DNA of 64,000 nt from positions 65,648 to 129,647 of the forward strand of contig JAHLWR010000011.1 of NCBI GenBank assembly GCA_019057815.1, in the 5' to 3' direction. Below, piece after piece: positions 20,078 to 31,300 of this stretch. Position 1 is the first letter of the stretch, and each line of letters starts with the position of its first letter. Source of the stretch: Candidatus Heimdallarchaeota archaeon (lineage in GTDB: Archaea > Asgardarchaeota > Heimdallarchaeia > Heimdallarchaeales > Heimdallarchaeaceae). The notes beneath the pieces were generated by a model. It was not told the DNA's origin. It saw only the letters and a program-made list of their open reading frames with translations, and searched no databases. The position numbers were made by a program, and so were the translations under genes.

Positions 20078-21172
20078 TTACCACCCAACTAGATAAAGAC
20101 TTTGAGCTAAATTATAGTGATATTGAGGATTTTGATAACCTTGAGTTTTAGCTATAGTATCTATATATGCGTACAAATAAGCATCGTAAGTTGATTTTAC
20201 TCCTAAAAGTTCGGTATAAAGATATAAAAGGAAATATGAACTAACTTCACGAATTTTTGTTTCAATTGACCAGTAAGACCGATAACCACCGGTCTCACCA
20301 AGGGAATTCTCATCATCTTGACAGGATGTCATAATGTGATGATTATTTGAAAGCTGAGATAATTCATCAATGAAAATACCGCTATGGCAAGCACTAACAA
20401 TAACAATGAGATTATTGCTCTCAAAGACACTTAACGGGCTTGCTAGTTCGCTTGGAGAAAGCCAATGATTACCAAACCATCCATAAGTACATTTTATTCC
20501 ATTCCAAATAGAGGATCCGTGACTAGAAATTAAGATCACTACAATATCATCAGATGTTTCGTATGCAGCAAGTTCGCGGATTTTATCATCAACATCATCA
20601 TCATCCCAATGAAATGAATGATAACTATATCCGGGGATATATTTCGCATATCCTGGTTCTTGGAGAAGATCTTCTAATGGTAGAACATTACTCTGCCAGT
20701 ATTCCAAGCTTGGATCATCATCATATCCGAAACCAACAAAGTGACACAACACAGGATTTACCGTGAATTCTACACTTTCAATTATGGTACTACCCCTCCC
20801 ACCCTTCATCATGCCTAGAGGTACTAATCCACTAGCTTTCGCTGTCACAGTAAAAGTATGCACTCCTCGACCATATCTACTGATGAAAAGATTAACATCA
20901 TAAAATATATTTACCCCTACAAGCTTTAAACCTGGGTCAGATTGTCCATCTATGAATGTTGAATACGATTGATACCCACCTAATATTCTGAAATAAAATT
21001 CAATACACTCATGATTTAGTAAATGATCAAAATCTTGTCCTTGCTGTGGTTTGTATATCACAATAGTAGTTACTGCGAATACTTCTGTGATTAAGATTGA
21101 ATTAAACACTAAACAGGCTATAATTAATGAAAAAAACACATTTTGCTTTCTGTTCTTCATATTATTTTTCAA
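20078..21172 (-). CDS. Secreted clan CD cysteine peptidase (caspase/legumain C13-C14-like) with an N-terminal Ig-like domain (cargo gene 1)
   Basis: His-Cys dyad motifs DIVVILISSHGS and IVIVSACHSG, downstream IMTSCQDDENS and C-terminal QNPQ; N-terminal signal peptide. Confidence 0.85.
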   Translation of the reverse strand: MKNNMKNRKQNVFFSLIIACLVFNSILITEVFAVTTIVIYKPQQGQDFDHLLNHECIEFYFRILGGYQSYSTFIDGQSDPGLKLVGVNIFYDVNLFISRYGRGVHTFTVTAKASGLVPLGMMKGGRGSTIIESVEFTVNPVLCHFVGFGYDDDPSLEYWQSNVLPLEDLLQEPGYAKYIPGYSYHSFHWDDDDVDDKIRELAAYETSDDIVVILISSHGSSIWNGIKCTYGWFGNHWLSPSELASPLSVFESNNLIVIVSACHSGIFIDELSQLSNNHHIMTSCQDDENSLGETGGYRSYWSIETKIREVSSYFLLYLYTELLGVKSTYDAYLYAYIDTIAKTQGYQNPQYHYNLAQSLYLVGW

Positions 21173-21326
21173 CTAACCTTTTGTTTAAACGTATCGTTTT
21201 GCATTTATAAATACTGTGCTTTTTCTCCCAATTGTTACCTCCACCTACATTGGTGACAGTTAGATAAGAGAGTTTACCATGGGTATGTGAACAAACATTA
21301 ACCCAACTAGTAACCCAATACTTATA

Positions 21327-21697
21327 ATGAAACGAATAGTTAAGAAGACTTTGAAACGAACACCTATCACTCACTTTGCTAGACAGTACATGGTCTCAAG
21401 GAAGTTCATCTACAAATGGCTCAGGCGACATCATGAGTGTTCTAATAGGATATGGTGGGAAAAAAGCTCGAGACGACCAAGAGGAATAAAGAGGAAGATC
21501 ACCCCTACTATAAGAGAGAAGATCATCAACTTAAGAAGAGCGTACTGTTTGAACATTATGCAGAGTGAGCAGTGGTTCAAGAGGAAGGGGTTGGTGCTCT
21601 CACATATAACCATCTGGAAAACCCTTCAGCAAGAAGGAGAACAAGCCTAGAGAAAGAAGTCTTATAAGAAGAACGCTTGGAAAAGGTTCAAGCGACT
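21327..21697 (+). pseudogene. IS481-like transposase N-terminal fragment
   Basis: HTH ARQYMVSRKFIYKWLRR, SRRP, IREKIINLRR, SHITIWKTL. An in-frame TAG at 21648-21650 is followed by KNAWKRFKR; the DDE domain is missing. Confidence 0.75.
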
Positions 21698-21940
21698 CTA
21701 TAACGACAAGGGAAGTTTTGCTGGTAAGTTCCTCCATACTATCTCCTCCAGTCGATCAATAACAAATAAAATAACAATTACCCATCCTTGACCACATAGT
21801 GTTGCTCCTCCCCTTGATTTGTCTGGTAGAGATGGTTCAGGGAATCTAAGTCTAACATAATCCATATTTAGTTTAATAAACTCTTTAACATTCTGAGGGG
21901 CGAGTTTTTGTAACAACATACTTTCTAATTTGATACTCAC
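21698..21940 (-). pseudogene. Probable N-terminal remnant of the cognate transposase of the MITE/IS family
   Basis: ORF starts ~100 bp inside the right terminal repeat, reads inward and stops at the IS481 junction. The call rests mainly on position. Confidence 0.55.
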
Positions 21941-22111
21941 TTCTTAGTCTCTTCAGTCTTTACGTTAATTTCCCCTTTTCTCCGACAAAACGCTCTTTCT
22001 CCCTTAGAGAAGCTATAAGTCTACTCGGACTAGTTTTGGGACATTCTTAAAGAAAAGAAAGGAAAAATATCTAAAGAAAGTCAGTTATAAAAAGGATAGG
22101 AATTGAAGAGT

Positions 22112-23929
22112 TTATATCAGCTTTGCAGCCTTTTCTACATATTCTAGTGATTGATGTCTGAAATACATATCATATAACTGCCAATATTTTCCTTTCATTT
22201 CCATCAATTGTTTATGACTTCCTTCTTCCACAACTTTAGCATCATCTATGACTATTATCCTATCAGCATTTTCAACAGTAGTTAATCTGTGGGCAATGAT
22301 TATGGATGTTCGGTTTTCTAAAAGAACTTTCAACGCTTCCTGTATCAATGATTCTGTATATGCATCTATTGCTGCAGTTGCTTCATCAAGAATCAGAATC
22401 TTTGGATCAGAAAGTAAAGCTCTTGCAAAAGCTATTAGTTGCTTCTGTCCTGCTGATAATTTAGTACCTTGTTCTCCTACTTCCGTATCCAAACCTTTTG
22501 GAAGACTTTGGATAAACTCCCATGCATAAACGTTTTTTGCTGATTGAATAATTTCTTCTTTTGTCGCATCTAACTTCCCATATCGAATATTTTCCTCAAT
22601 AGTTCCACTAAATAGAATATTATCTTGTAAAACAACCCCAATTTGGTTTCTATATTCAAGCATCTTATACTCCTTGATATCAACATTATCAACTAGTATT
22701 CTACCACTTTGAACATCATAGAATCGTGTCAGAAGAGAAACTAAAGTACTTTTTCCAGCACCTGTTCTACCCACAACAGCAACAACTTCCCCTGCAGGTA
22801 TATCAAGTTTAAAGTTATCATACAGAGGTTCATTTGGGTTATAGTAAAATGTCATGTTGTCGAATATTATTTCCCCTCTCAATTCTTTTACTGCAACGGG
22901 ATTATCAGCTTCTACAACAGTAGGATTACTATCCATCAGACTGAAGATTCTTTCTACTGCAGCTAGACCTGCTTCAAATTGATTAAAGAATCTTGTAATT
23001 TCCAGCAAAGGCATGAAGAAGCGGTTTAGCATCAGGACAAAGAAGTAAAGAGTAGCAACATCCATAGCACCTAGAGTAAATGTCATTTTACCTCCAAAAT
23101 AGAGGACTAGAAATGTTCCAACACCGAAAATTGTTTCGATTACTGGAAAGAAAATACTCATACCCCAAGCTCTTACATAAGCTGCTCTATAATTATTAGT
23201 GTTAATTTCTTGAAATCTTTCATACGCTTCTTTTTCTTGATTGAAGCTCTTTGTTACTTCAATTCCTGAAATTGATTCAGCAACATTTGCATTAAGAATA
23301 GCTATTGTTTTGCGCCAGTTTTTTGAAGTTCTACGTGAGAATAAACGAATACCAATACCTATACCAAAAAGGAAAGGAACCACAGCTATTGTTATCAAAG
23401 ATAATTTTACATTTGTTACAAATAGAAGTATAATCACTACAACCATTACTAAAATATTAATTAAGAAAGATGTTGTCAACTGAACCATTTGAGAAACAGT
23501 ATCTGTATCGCTTGTTACTCTACTAACGAGCTTACCACTTTTGTTTTCATCATAAAACTTCATGTCATTACGCAGGAGAGTTTCAAAACTATCTTTACGA
23601 ATCTGGAGAAGCATTTCTCCCATAAGAATTGAACTCCTGTAAAGAGCTCTATACTGTGCAAACCAAGCTAAACCATAAAGCAGAGCAATAGATGTAGCTT
23701 CAATATAGAAAACAGCATTGAAAGCACTTTCTTGCACACCTTGGATTACAATCTTGATAACATAAGGAATAGAAATACTGGCACTTGTTTGAATTATCAT
23801 CCATGTGACAATAATCGTGAAAGATTTCATATCATGCTTCCCGATATACCCAAACAGTCTTTTGAATAGGTAAATATCACCATATTTACGGTCGTACTTC
23901 TCATCAGGTAGCTCACTAATAAAACCCAT
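22112..23929 (-). CDS. ABC exporter permease/ATPase, heterodimer subunit 2
   Basis: 6-TM domain plus Walker A GRTGAGKS, signature LSAGQ, ILDEAT, IAHRL. Confidence 0.95.
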   Translation of the reverse strand: MGFISELPDEKYDRKYGDIYLFKRLFGYIGKHDMKSFTIIVTWMIIQTSASISIPYVIKIVIQGVQESAFNAVFYIEATSIALLYGLAWFAQYRALYRSSILMGEMLLQIRKDSFETLLRNDMKFYDENKSGKLVSRVTSDTDTVSQMVQLTTSFLINILVMVVVIILLFVTNVKLSLITIAVVPFLFGIGIGIRLFSRRTSKNWRKTIAILNANVAESISGIEVTKSFNQEKEAYERFQEINTNNYRAAYVRAWGMSIFFPVIETIFGVGTFLVLYFGGKMTFTLGAMDVATLYFFVLMLNRFFMPLLEITRFFNQFEAGLAAVERIFSLMDSNPTVVEADNPVAVKELRGEIIFDNMTFYYNPNEPLYDNFKLDIPAGEVVAVVGRTGAGKSTLVSLLTRFYDVQSGRILVDNVDIKEYKMLEYRNQIGVVLQDNILFSGTIEENIRYGKLDATKEEIIQSAKNVYAWEFIQSLPKGLDTEVGEQGTKLSAGQKQLIAFARALLSDPKILILDEATAAIDAYTESLIQEALKVLLENRTSIIIAHRLTTVENADRIIVIDDAKVVEEGSHKQLMEMKGKYWQLYDMYFRHQSLEYVEKAAKLI

Positions 23930-23933
23930 TTTA

Positions 23934-25799
23934 TCACTCTCCAGATTTCATCTCCGATAACATTTGCTCAGGCATCATTTTACGTATCTCTGAGAAACGA
24001 GCAAAAACACGCCAGTAATCGACCGATTCTTTCAAAAGCTGGTCATGAATTCCGATAGCTTTGATAGTTCCTTGTTTTAAAACAATAATAATATCAGAAT
24101 GCCGAATGGTAGACAATCTATGTGTAATGATGAAACTTGTTCTATCCTTAAGAACTCGATTAATAGCAGTATTTATCTTATCTTCAGTTTCAGAATCGAC
24201 AGCTGAACTAGCATCGTCGAAAACTAGAACTGTGGGATCAGCTAAAAGCATGCGAGCAATAGCTATCCTTTGTTTTTGACCACCGCTTAAAGTAGTTCCT
24301 CTTTCACCTACAATGGTCTTGTAACCTTTATCGAATTTAACAACAAATTCATGAGCTTGAGCCATTTTAGAAGCTTCAATGATTTCTTCTTCCTTTGCAT
24401 CAGGTTTTCCATATGAAATATTATCTTTGACAGAAGCTGAAAACAATACTATTTCTTGTTCAATAACTCCGATATTTCGACGTATAGTATCGAGTGAAAG
24501 ATTACGAATATCAACACCATCAATAGTAATACTACCAGAGCTAACATCATAAAGTCTGGTTAATAGTTTCATTAATGTTGTTTTCCCACAACCAGCAGGA
24601 CCTACTATAGCAACACGGCTTCCAGAAGGAATGGAGAAAGAAACATCTTTGATAACAAAAACGTTTCCATCATAGGAAAAAGAAACATTATTGAAATCTA
24701 TATCACCCTTGACAGTATAAAGATTAGTAGGATTTACAGGCGCAGGAATAATAGTTTTTTTAGTAAGAATATCAGTGATTCTGCTAGCACCAGCAAAACC
24801 CATTTGAATTAAAACAAGCATCCACGACATAACCCAGATAGGGAAAAACAGGTTCCCAGCTAGTAATGAGTATGCAACTAGTTCACCTATTCCGAATTGT
24901 CCTGCGCCTACTCCCCAGTCTATTAGAAGACTTCCCCATACTATTGTTGCTCCCACGCCTATTCCTACAAACAGAGCTGGATAGTATTTTGATCTTAGCT
25001 TCCCTCTTTTGATTATTTCTTTGGATAATTTAGTATTCTTTTCTCTGAATGATACTCTTTCAAAAGGCTCTCGAGCGAATGTTTTGATTACACTTATTCC
25101 TAGTAGTTTTTCTTGTAGATACGAAGATAGTGTTGAATAAGATTCTTGAATCTGCATTGATATAGGTCCTACTGACTTGTAGAATCTTCTTGCAAAGAAT
25201 ACTATGGGAAAAGTAATCAATAAAGGCATTAGTAAAAGCACTGGCATATTGTTCCAATATGGAGTTATGATGAACATCCCAATAATTGCGAATAAAACCC
25301 CGAATATTGCTGCATAAATCAGATGTATCACTGGGTTGACGAAGAAATTGACCATTCTTGTGTCAAAAGTTGCTCTCGCCATAACATCTCCTTGTTTAAC
25401 CTCATCATGAAAAGTCATACTTTTTGATAACATTGAAGCATAATACTCATTTCTAATATCTCTCTCCACTCTTTGTGATGTTACTTCTATTAACAGACTC
25501 GAACCGAAACTTGCAATCCCACCAGTTATAGTGAGCATTAAAATTATGTATGCTAATCTTTTAATTACCTCCCATGAACTATTATCAGCTATAATTTCAT
25601 TAATTAAATCACCCATTAATAGAGGTGTAATAGTCCCAACTGCAGCGCTTATTGTTGCTGCTAGAAAGAACAACAACAGCATTTTTTTATGTGCTAGTAC
25701 ATGACTAAAAACCCATTTTAGATGGCTTTTTTTACTATATTTATCCATAACAGAATCGTAAAATTCTCCTGTTGGAAGTACACTTTCACTAGCAGTCAT
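23934..25799 (-). CDS. ABC exporter permease/ATPase, heterodimer subunit 1 (degenerate Walker B)
   Basis: GPAGCGKT, LSGGQ, VFDDAS (catalytic Glu replaced by Asp) and ITHRL; TM287/288-like pair. Confidence 0.95.
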   Translation of the reverse strand: MTASESVLPTGEFYDSVMDKYSKKSHLKWVFSHVLAHKKMLLLFFLAATISAAVGTITPLLMGDLINEIIADNSSWEVIKRLAYIILMLTITGGIASFGSSLLIEVTSQRVERDIRNEYYASMLSKSMTFHDEVKQGDVMARATFDTRMVNFFVNPVIHLIYAAIFGVLFAIIGMFIITPYWNNMPVLLLMPLLITFPIVFFARRFYKSVGPISMQIQESYSTLSSYLQEKLLGISVIKTFAREPFERVSFREKNTKLSKEIIKRGKLRSKYYPALFVGIGVGATIVWGSLLIDWGVGAGQFGIGELVAYSLLAGNLFFPIWVMSWMLVLIQMGFAGASRITDILTKKTIIPAPVNPTNLYTVKGDIDFNNVSFSYDGNVFVIKDVSFSIPSGSRVAIVGPAGCGKTTLMKLLTRLYDVSSGSITIDGVDIRNLSLDTIRRNIGVIEQEIVLFSASVKDNISYGKPDAKEEEIIEASKMAQAHEFVVKFDKGYKTIVGERGTTLSGGQKQRIAIARMLLADPTVLVFDDASSAVDSETEDKINTAINRVLKDRTSFIITHRLSTIRHSDIIIVLKQGTIKAIGIHDQLLKESVDYWRVFARFSEIRKMMPEQMLSEMKSGE

Positions 25800-25965
25800 T
25801 GCTTCTGTCTCCTTCTAAAGCTTAATTTTTGTCTGATTTAAAGATTTATTTTGAAAACTTCTTTGTTACAGCTTTCTTTTAAAAGATATTTTAAACCTAC
25901 CTTTTTCGCACAAAATGGTTTTAATATAAAAAGAATTGATTTTCAGCGAAAAAAGAGAGTGGATT

Positions 25966-26969
25966 TTATTGTATTAGCCATATTTCTATTATACCTTCAA
26001 TCATTTGCAGAATATCTACCCCAGAACCTACCAATTTTAATGGGGCAACTGTTTCTTTCAGAAATGCTGAGTCCCTTTTCGCAACAAGTATATAGGAGTT
26101 ACTCCTTGCTATGTCATCAAAGTTTAAGGTTACATTCAATCCATCTTTGTTTTTCAGAACTATTTTGTATCCTTGTCCTATTAAGTCATCATTAATTATA
26201 TAATGTGGATCATCAACAGGTTCTCCTCCATCTATTATTGAAATAAAAATCCATAATCCCACTCCTTCGTAGATGTGAGTTCTATCACCATCAACTATCT
26301 CGTATGTTTGTCTATGAAGATACGTTCCACAGTACATAGATGCTTCAAAAATAGGTAGATTTATACACTACTATTAGTTAAACCGTAAAGATTTACACTC
26401 CAGATGCTACTTGATATGTTCATTTCAATTTTGATTACTTCCTTCACCCATAGTTGTCCATCAGATACATAACCGTCATCTGATAGAAAACCTATTCTTA
26501 GCGGACCTCCTCCTAGTATTACTTCATCTATTTCTTCAAAGATCAGCATCATCTCAAAGCTTTGAACCCCCAGTTCTACACCTGTTACATTGTCATAAGC
26601 TGTAACAAGCCCATTAACCATTGAATAAGAATAGGTCATTTTATACCCATCATCTGCTATAACTGTAAGTTCCTGTGTTTCATTCAATCCTCCTAAGCTT
26701 TCTAGAAGTTCTCTAACAGGTACTCCCTTATAATCATTAGGACCAACAATTATTCCTGATGTCTTCTTGTATCCTCCAGAAGAGATAATGCTTTTTGAGT
26801 GTGTTTTTATGTCATCCATTGTGAAAGTAATTGTATCGCTTCCATTAGTAATGGTTAATACTATCTCTTCTTGTTGTGGAGGTTTTAATCCAAAGTATAA
26901 TCCAAATCCTACGCCTGTAACAATAACAGCTGATAATAGAGAGACTATAATTATCCTCTTATTCAACAT
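25966..26969 (-). pseudogene. Membrane-anchored protein with two molybdopterin-oxidoreductase-like repeat domains, frameshifted near 26361-26370
   Basis: The two ORFs carry parallel motifs (YKGVPV..ADDGY..GPLRI and YEGVGL..KDGL..APLKL). The second frame is open back to the first stop (INLPIFEASMYCG). Confidence 0.7.
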
Positions 26970-27094
26970 TATGTAGGTGTTAGAATAAAGATTATATAAA
27001 GATTGTACAATTTGTTATAACAGAGCAAAACAATTAATATAGTAAGTGAATAGTCCGTAACTCTCAATTTGAATTGTAACACGAAGTGAAAAAA

Positions 27095-28351
27095 ATGGAA
27101 AAAAAGAGGTTAGTGATGTCTTTAGCTATTACTGTGCTCATTCTTAGTACTATTGCCACAATAGCTTATTTCAGCGTAAAGAACTACAGTACTTCCCCAA
27201 TTGAACTTGAAGTCTGGTTTACTTATGAAGGAGGAGATATAATTAAAGAAAAAGTAGCAAACTTTGAGAATCTTCATCCTGACATCTCCATAAAATTCCA
27301 TGAACAACCATCATCTGGATGGGTTGACAAGTTTGTTAGTGTAGCGCAAACTGGTGAATCACCAGATGTCTTTCTAGCAAAAGGATCATGGTTTGGTGAA
27401 CTAGCTACTCTAGGGTACATCTACTCATTAACCGATTTTATATCTCCTACTTTGGAATCTTCCTTTCTTCCTTTTTCAATAACAAGTTTAACTTATGAGA
27501 ATGAATTATGGGGGTTGCCTTTATGGTTAGATTCGATATTACTGTTTTATAATAAAGACCTCTTCAATCAGAATGGTTTGGAATATCCTACAGCTAATTG
27601 GACTGAAATTGATATGATTTTTGCAGCTAAAAACCTTACTGATTTATCAGAGACTCAAAGATACGGATTGGCGTGGAGCACGCTGTCTCCTTATATGTGG
27701 CCAGCTTTTCAATATGGATATGGACACGGTCCTCTTTATCAGAATCAGACAATTATCGTAAATGACACAGCTTCTGTTAGCGCAATGGAGTTTATTTTCA
27801 ATCTTAAGTATGATAATATCTGTGTAGGTTATGATGATTGCAGTAGTGCTGCTACCCAAGCTTTTCTTGAAAACAAAGCTTCAATGCTAATCTATGGAGG
27901 TTGGTTTGTTCCTGTTCTCAAGGATGTTGGGTTTAACTATGGTATTGAAATACTCCCAAAAATATCTTCTACAGGTGAATTCATCTCCCCAATGGCTGAA
28001 GTAAAGGGATTTGGGATATCAAAAGACACTTTATATCCAGAAACATGTTTTGAACTTATTTCCTATCTAACTTCAACAGAAACTCAACAAGAACTTGTTA
28101 ATGAAGAATATAAAATTCCAACAAAAAATAATTTAATACTCTCTTCTACAGTGCAAAATAATCAAGACATCAAAAAACAAATTGAACAGATTTCACATAG
28201 CCAAAATTTTCCGCTCGACCCTATTTATGCAATTTACTCAGATTATATTAGAGCAGCTTTGCAATTTATATTGATAGATTTTCACGATATTCAAGAAACA
28301 TTAAATGCAGCACAACAAAACATTGATGCTAATAGAGGTGTTGATGGCTGA
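27095..28351 (+). CDS. Sugar ABC transporter substrate-binding protein (MalE-like)
   Basis: N-terminal TM anchor, GESPDV, WGLP, LFYNKDLF, MLIYGGW. Confidence 0.9.
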   Translation: MEKKRLVMSLAITVLILSTIATIAYFSVKNYSTSPIELEVWFTYEGGDIIKEKVANFENLHPDISIKFHEQPSSGWVDKFVSVAQTGESPDVFLAKGSWFGELATLGYIYSLTDFISPTLESSFLPFSITSLTYENELWGLPLWLDSILLFYNKDLFNQNGLEYPTANWTEIDMIFAAKNLTDLSETQRYGLAWSTLSPYMWPAFQYGYGHGPLYQNQTIIVNDTASVSAMEFIFNLKYDNICVGYDDCSSAATQAFLENKASMLIYGGWFVPVLKDVGFNYGIEILPKISSTGEFISPMAEVKGFGISKDTLYPETCFELISYLTSTETQQELVNEEYKIPTKNNLILSSTVQNNQDIKKQIEQISHSQNFPLDPIYAIYSDYIRAALQFILIDFHDIQETLNAAQQNIDANRGVDG

Positions 28352-31300
28352 AATTACAAAAAAAAAAGAAACTATTTGTATTTTCTTTAACTTTTCTAAC
28401 ACTTTTCTTGGTTTCTACGCTACTCACAACCGCTAATCCTCTAGAAGGGGATAGAGTAAACTTCTTTCCAGATCTTGATTTTTCAATTGTTGAAATCAAA
28501 GATAGGTATGTAATTTTGAATTGGAGTTTACAAACTGAGGTAAATTATAATTCATTTCAAATAGACCTTTATTCAGATAAAACTAATCAAACAACAATTT
28601 GGTCTTTTATTTCTTTAAATCACTTTTCTGCAAATTTTGAAGAAGATTTTTCTATAGTGAATTATACTCTTTCATCAGAAATTTTCAGAGCAGAAAAAAT
28701 ATCAACATCAAACTTCACAGTATATTCAGTTCCTTATAATGCAGAAAGTGTCCAAGTAAAAGTAACAGGATTAATTCCAGAAGAGAGTTATCTTCTAAAA
28801 ATATCAATATCAAACATTACTTTTGTTGAAGGGATGGTTCCTTCAGTAATTGTTAGTTCTAGCTCTATTATATGGTCATCTTTTTTATTTCAAACTCTTT
28901 CAAGTATTCAACAAGCTTCTGTGCATTCTAGAACTGCAACTGTTGTATCACTTCTGATAATTATTCTAGTTTTTCTCATCTTATTTGCTTTTATTGCTAA
29001 AAAGGACATTCCATTTAATAAGATAGCATACATCTTTATTTTTCCAGCACTTTTTGCTTTAGCGTTACTTGAAGTGTACCCTATACTCTATGGGTTTGTT
29101 TTGTCTTTTACTTCATATAGCCTAGAAAGAGGAGAGACTCCAATTTTCAACGCTTTTGAAAATTATGCATATATCTCACAAAACCCTCATCTTTCAATAA
29201 CTCTTACAACTACTTTAGTTTGGAGTACAGTTATTATTTTCTTCAAATTACTTTCTGGTTTTTTAATCGCATACTTTATACAATACAAAGTAAAAAGAAA
29301 GAAATTGTGGTACCTATCTATCTATATTCCGTGGGCAATACCTGCTTACATTAAAATATTATCTTGGCGTAGTTTCTTTCATGGAAATGCAGGTTATTCG
29401 CTTTTTAATTTGTTATTTGGAACAAGTGTTAATTTTGTATCTCAACCGTATGTGACATTTTTTATAGCATCTTTTGTGGAAGTGATAGACTCTATTCCTT
29501 TAATTACAACGCTATTTTTAGGTGCTATGAGCAGTATACCTAAAGAATTAATGGATATTGCTGAAGTTGATCAGATTAATGAAAGATCAAGAATTAGGCA
29601 TATTGTGCTACCTTTGATAAAACCCGTAATGTTACCTGTACTAATACTTGAAATAATAAAGGCTTTTGGGAGTTTTAACGTGTCTTTCCTGCTGACAAGA
29701 GGATATCCCTTGCTTCCTTATGGCACAAATGAGGCAGGAGTTGTCGGAGCAACAGATCTTTTTAGCACATTCACTTTTTACATGTTTTATCAGAGAAGAG
29801 AAGTAGGAATCTCTGCTGCTTACTCAACTATTATGAGCCTTTTAACACTTTTTTTTGTTTTAATCTGGATTAAAATGTCGAAGGGGACACAAAGTACTTT
29901 CCGTCCAACAAAAATCAAACAGAAAAAGAAAAATCAATTTATTATAGCTTTTGTATTATTTAGTCAGAGCATTGGATACTTCCTTGCAACAACCTTTAAT
30001 TTTCGTTATTTTGGTATTTATTGGAATAAAACAATTAGCTACACAATTGCAGCTTCATTGTTAATATGTGCAATTCTTATAGTCTCAAAGAAGGATAGAA
30101 GCTGGAAAATTTTCTCGATCATTATTGCACTTGATTTAATTTTATCATTATCACAATTCTTCTTTTATCAAATGTGGTTTGCTTTTAACTGGAATATATT
30201 TATTTCTGGAGTGATTTTCTACGTTATCAAAAATAACAATGTTTTGAACGATACTAAAATTGGCTCCAAAAGTATTTCTAAAATAAAAGTGGGGATAATT
30301 AAAGTAAAAAGGCAAATATTGTCTTCATTAAATCGTTTAGATGAAAAATTCGTTGAAATCAATAGGTTCCATTCATTTTTAGGTCTAGAAATATTTGTTG
30401 TTCTACTTTCCTGCTTATTGGATTCTGCAAGTGATTGGATTCTTTGGTTGATTCTATCAATTCTAGTGATTAATTTAATAGTTAGTTTATTCATTACTCA
30501 GATCAAAACGTTTTCCTTCGTTCTTCAAGTAGGGTTATGGATAACTTTACTTATACTACCATATTCTTTAGGATGGAAAATAATCGAACTATCAATTTCA
30601 GTTATGCTCATACTTTATCTCTTAAAACATTTCATTACTGAAAAAAGGTTTGTCAATAGATCTGTAAACTATCTGAATAGGTCTGTTCTGAAGGTTTCTT
30701 TTACACATTTTCTTATGATAGGAATTATTATTGTATCAATAATCCCTCTTTGGAACGTTGTTTGGATAGCATTCTCATCTGGTAACAAAATTGTCCCTGA
30801 TTCTTTCTTTCCTAGTAATCCAACTTTCGAGAATTTCAAATTATTGTTTACAGAAGAGAAAATATATCTGAACTTTGGGAACTCACTAATTATTTCCTTA
30901 GGCTCAGCTATTCTTTGTGTAGTTCTCACAATCCTAGCTGCTTATGCCTTCTCTCGATATGACTTTAAGCTTAAAAGTGAGATAATGGTTGGAGTATTCA
31001 TTTTAAAGATGTTTACAGGTGTTTTAACCTTAATTCCCCTTTATCTTATTATGTTTAATCTTGGATTAATTGACACATACTTAGGCGTAATCATAGCTTA
31101 TAGCACTCATACAATTCCAATTGCTCTTTGGTTATTAAAAGGATATTTTGATTCTATCCCTAAGGAACTTGATGAATCATCACAACTAATCGGAAATTCC
31201 TCATTCTTTACATTAAGAAAAGTCATTTTACCACTTGCTGGTCCTGCTATTGCAGTTGTATTTTTATTGAATTTCATCGCTACATGGAACGGTTTTCTGT

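Larger units (their letters stand above)
18760..22047. mobile_element. 3.3-kb non-autonomous IS-ended element with cargo genes
   Basis: Left end 18761-18856 and right end 21969-22047 match the two halves of the MITE. Direct repeat TAAAGAAA(A) at 18752-18759(60) and 22048-22055(56). Probable transposase remnants lie just inside both ends. Confidence 0.8.
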
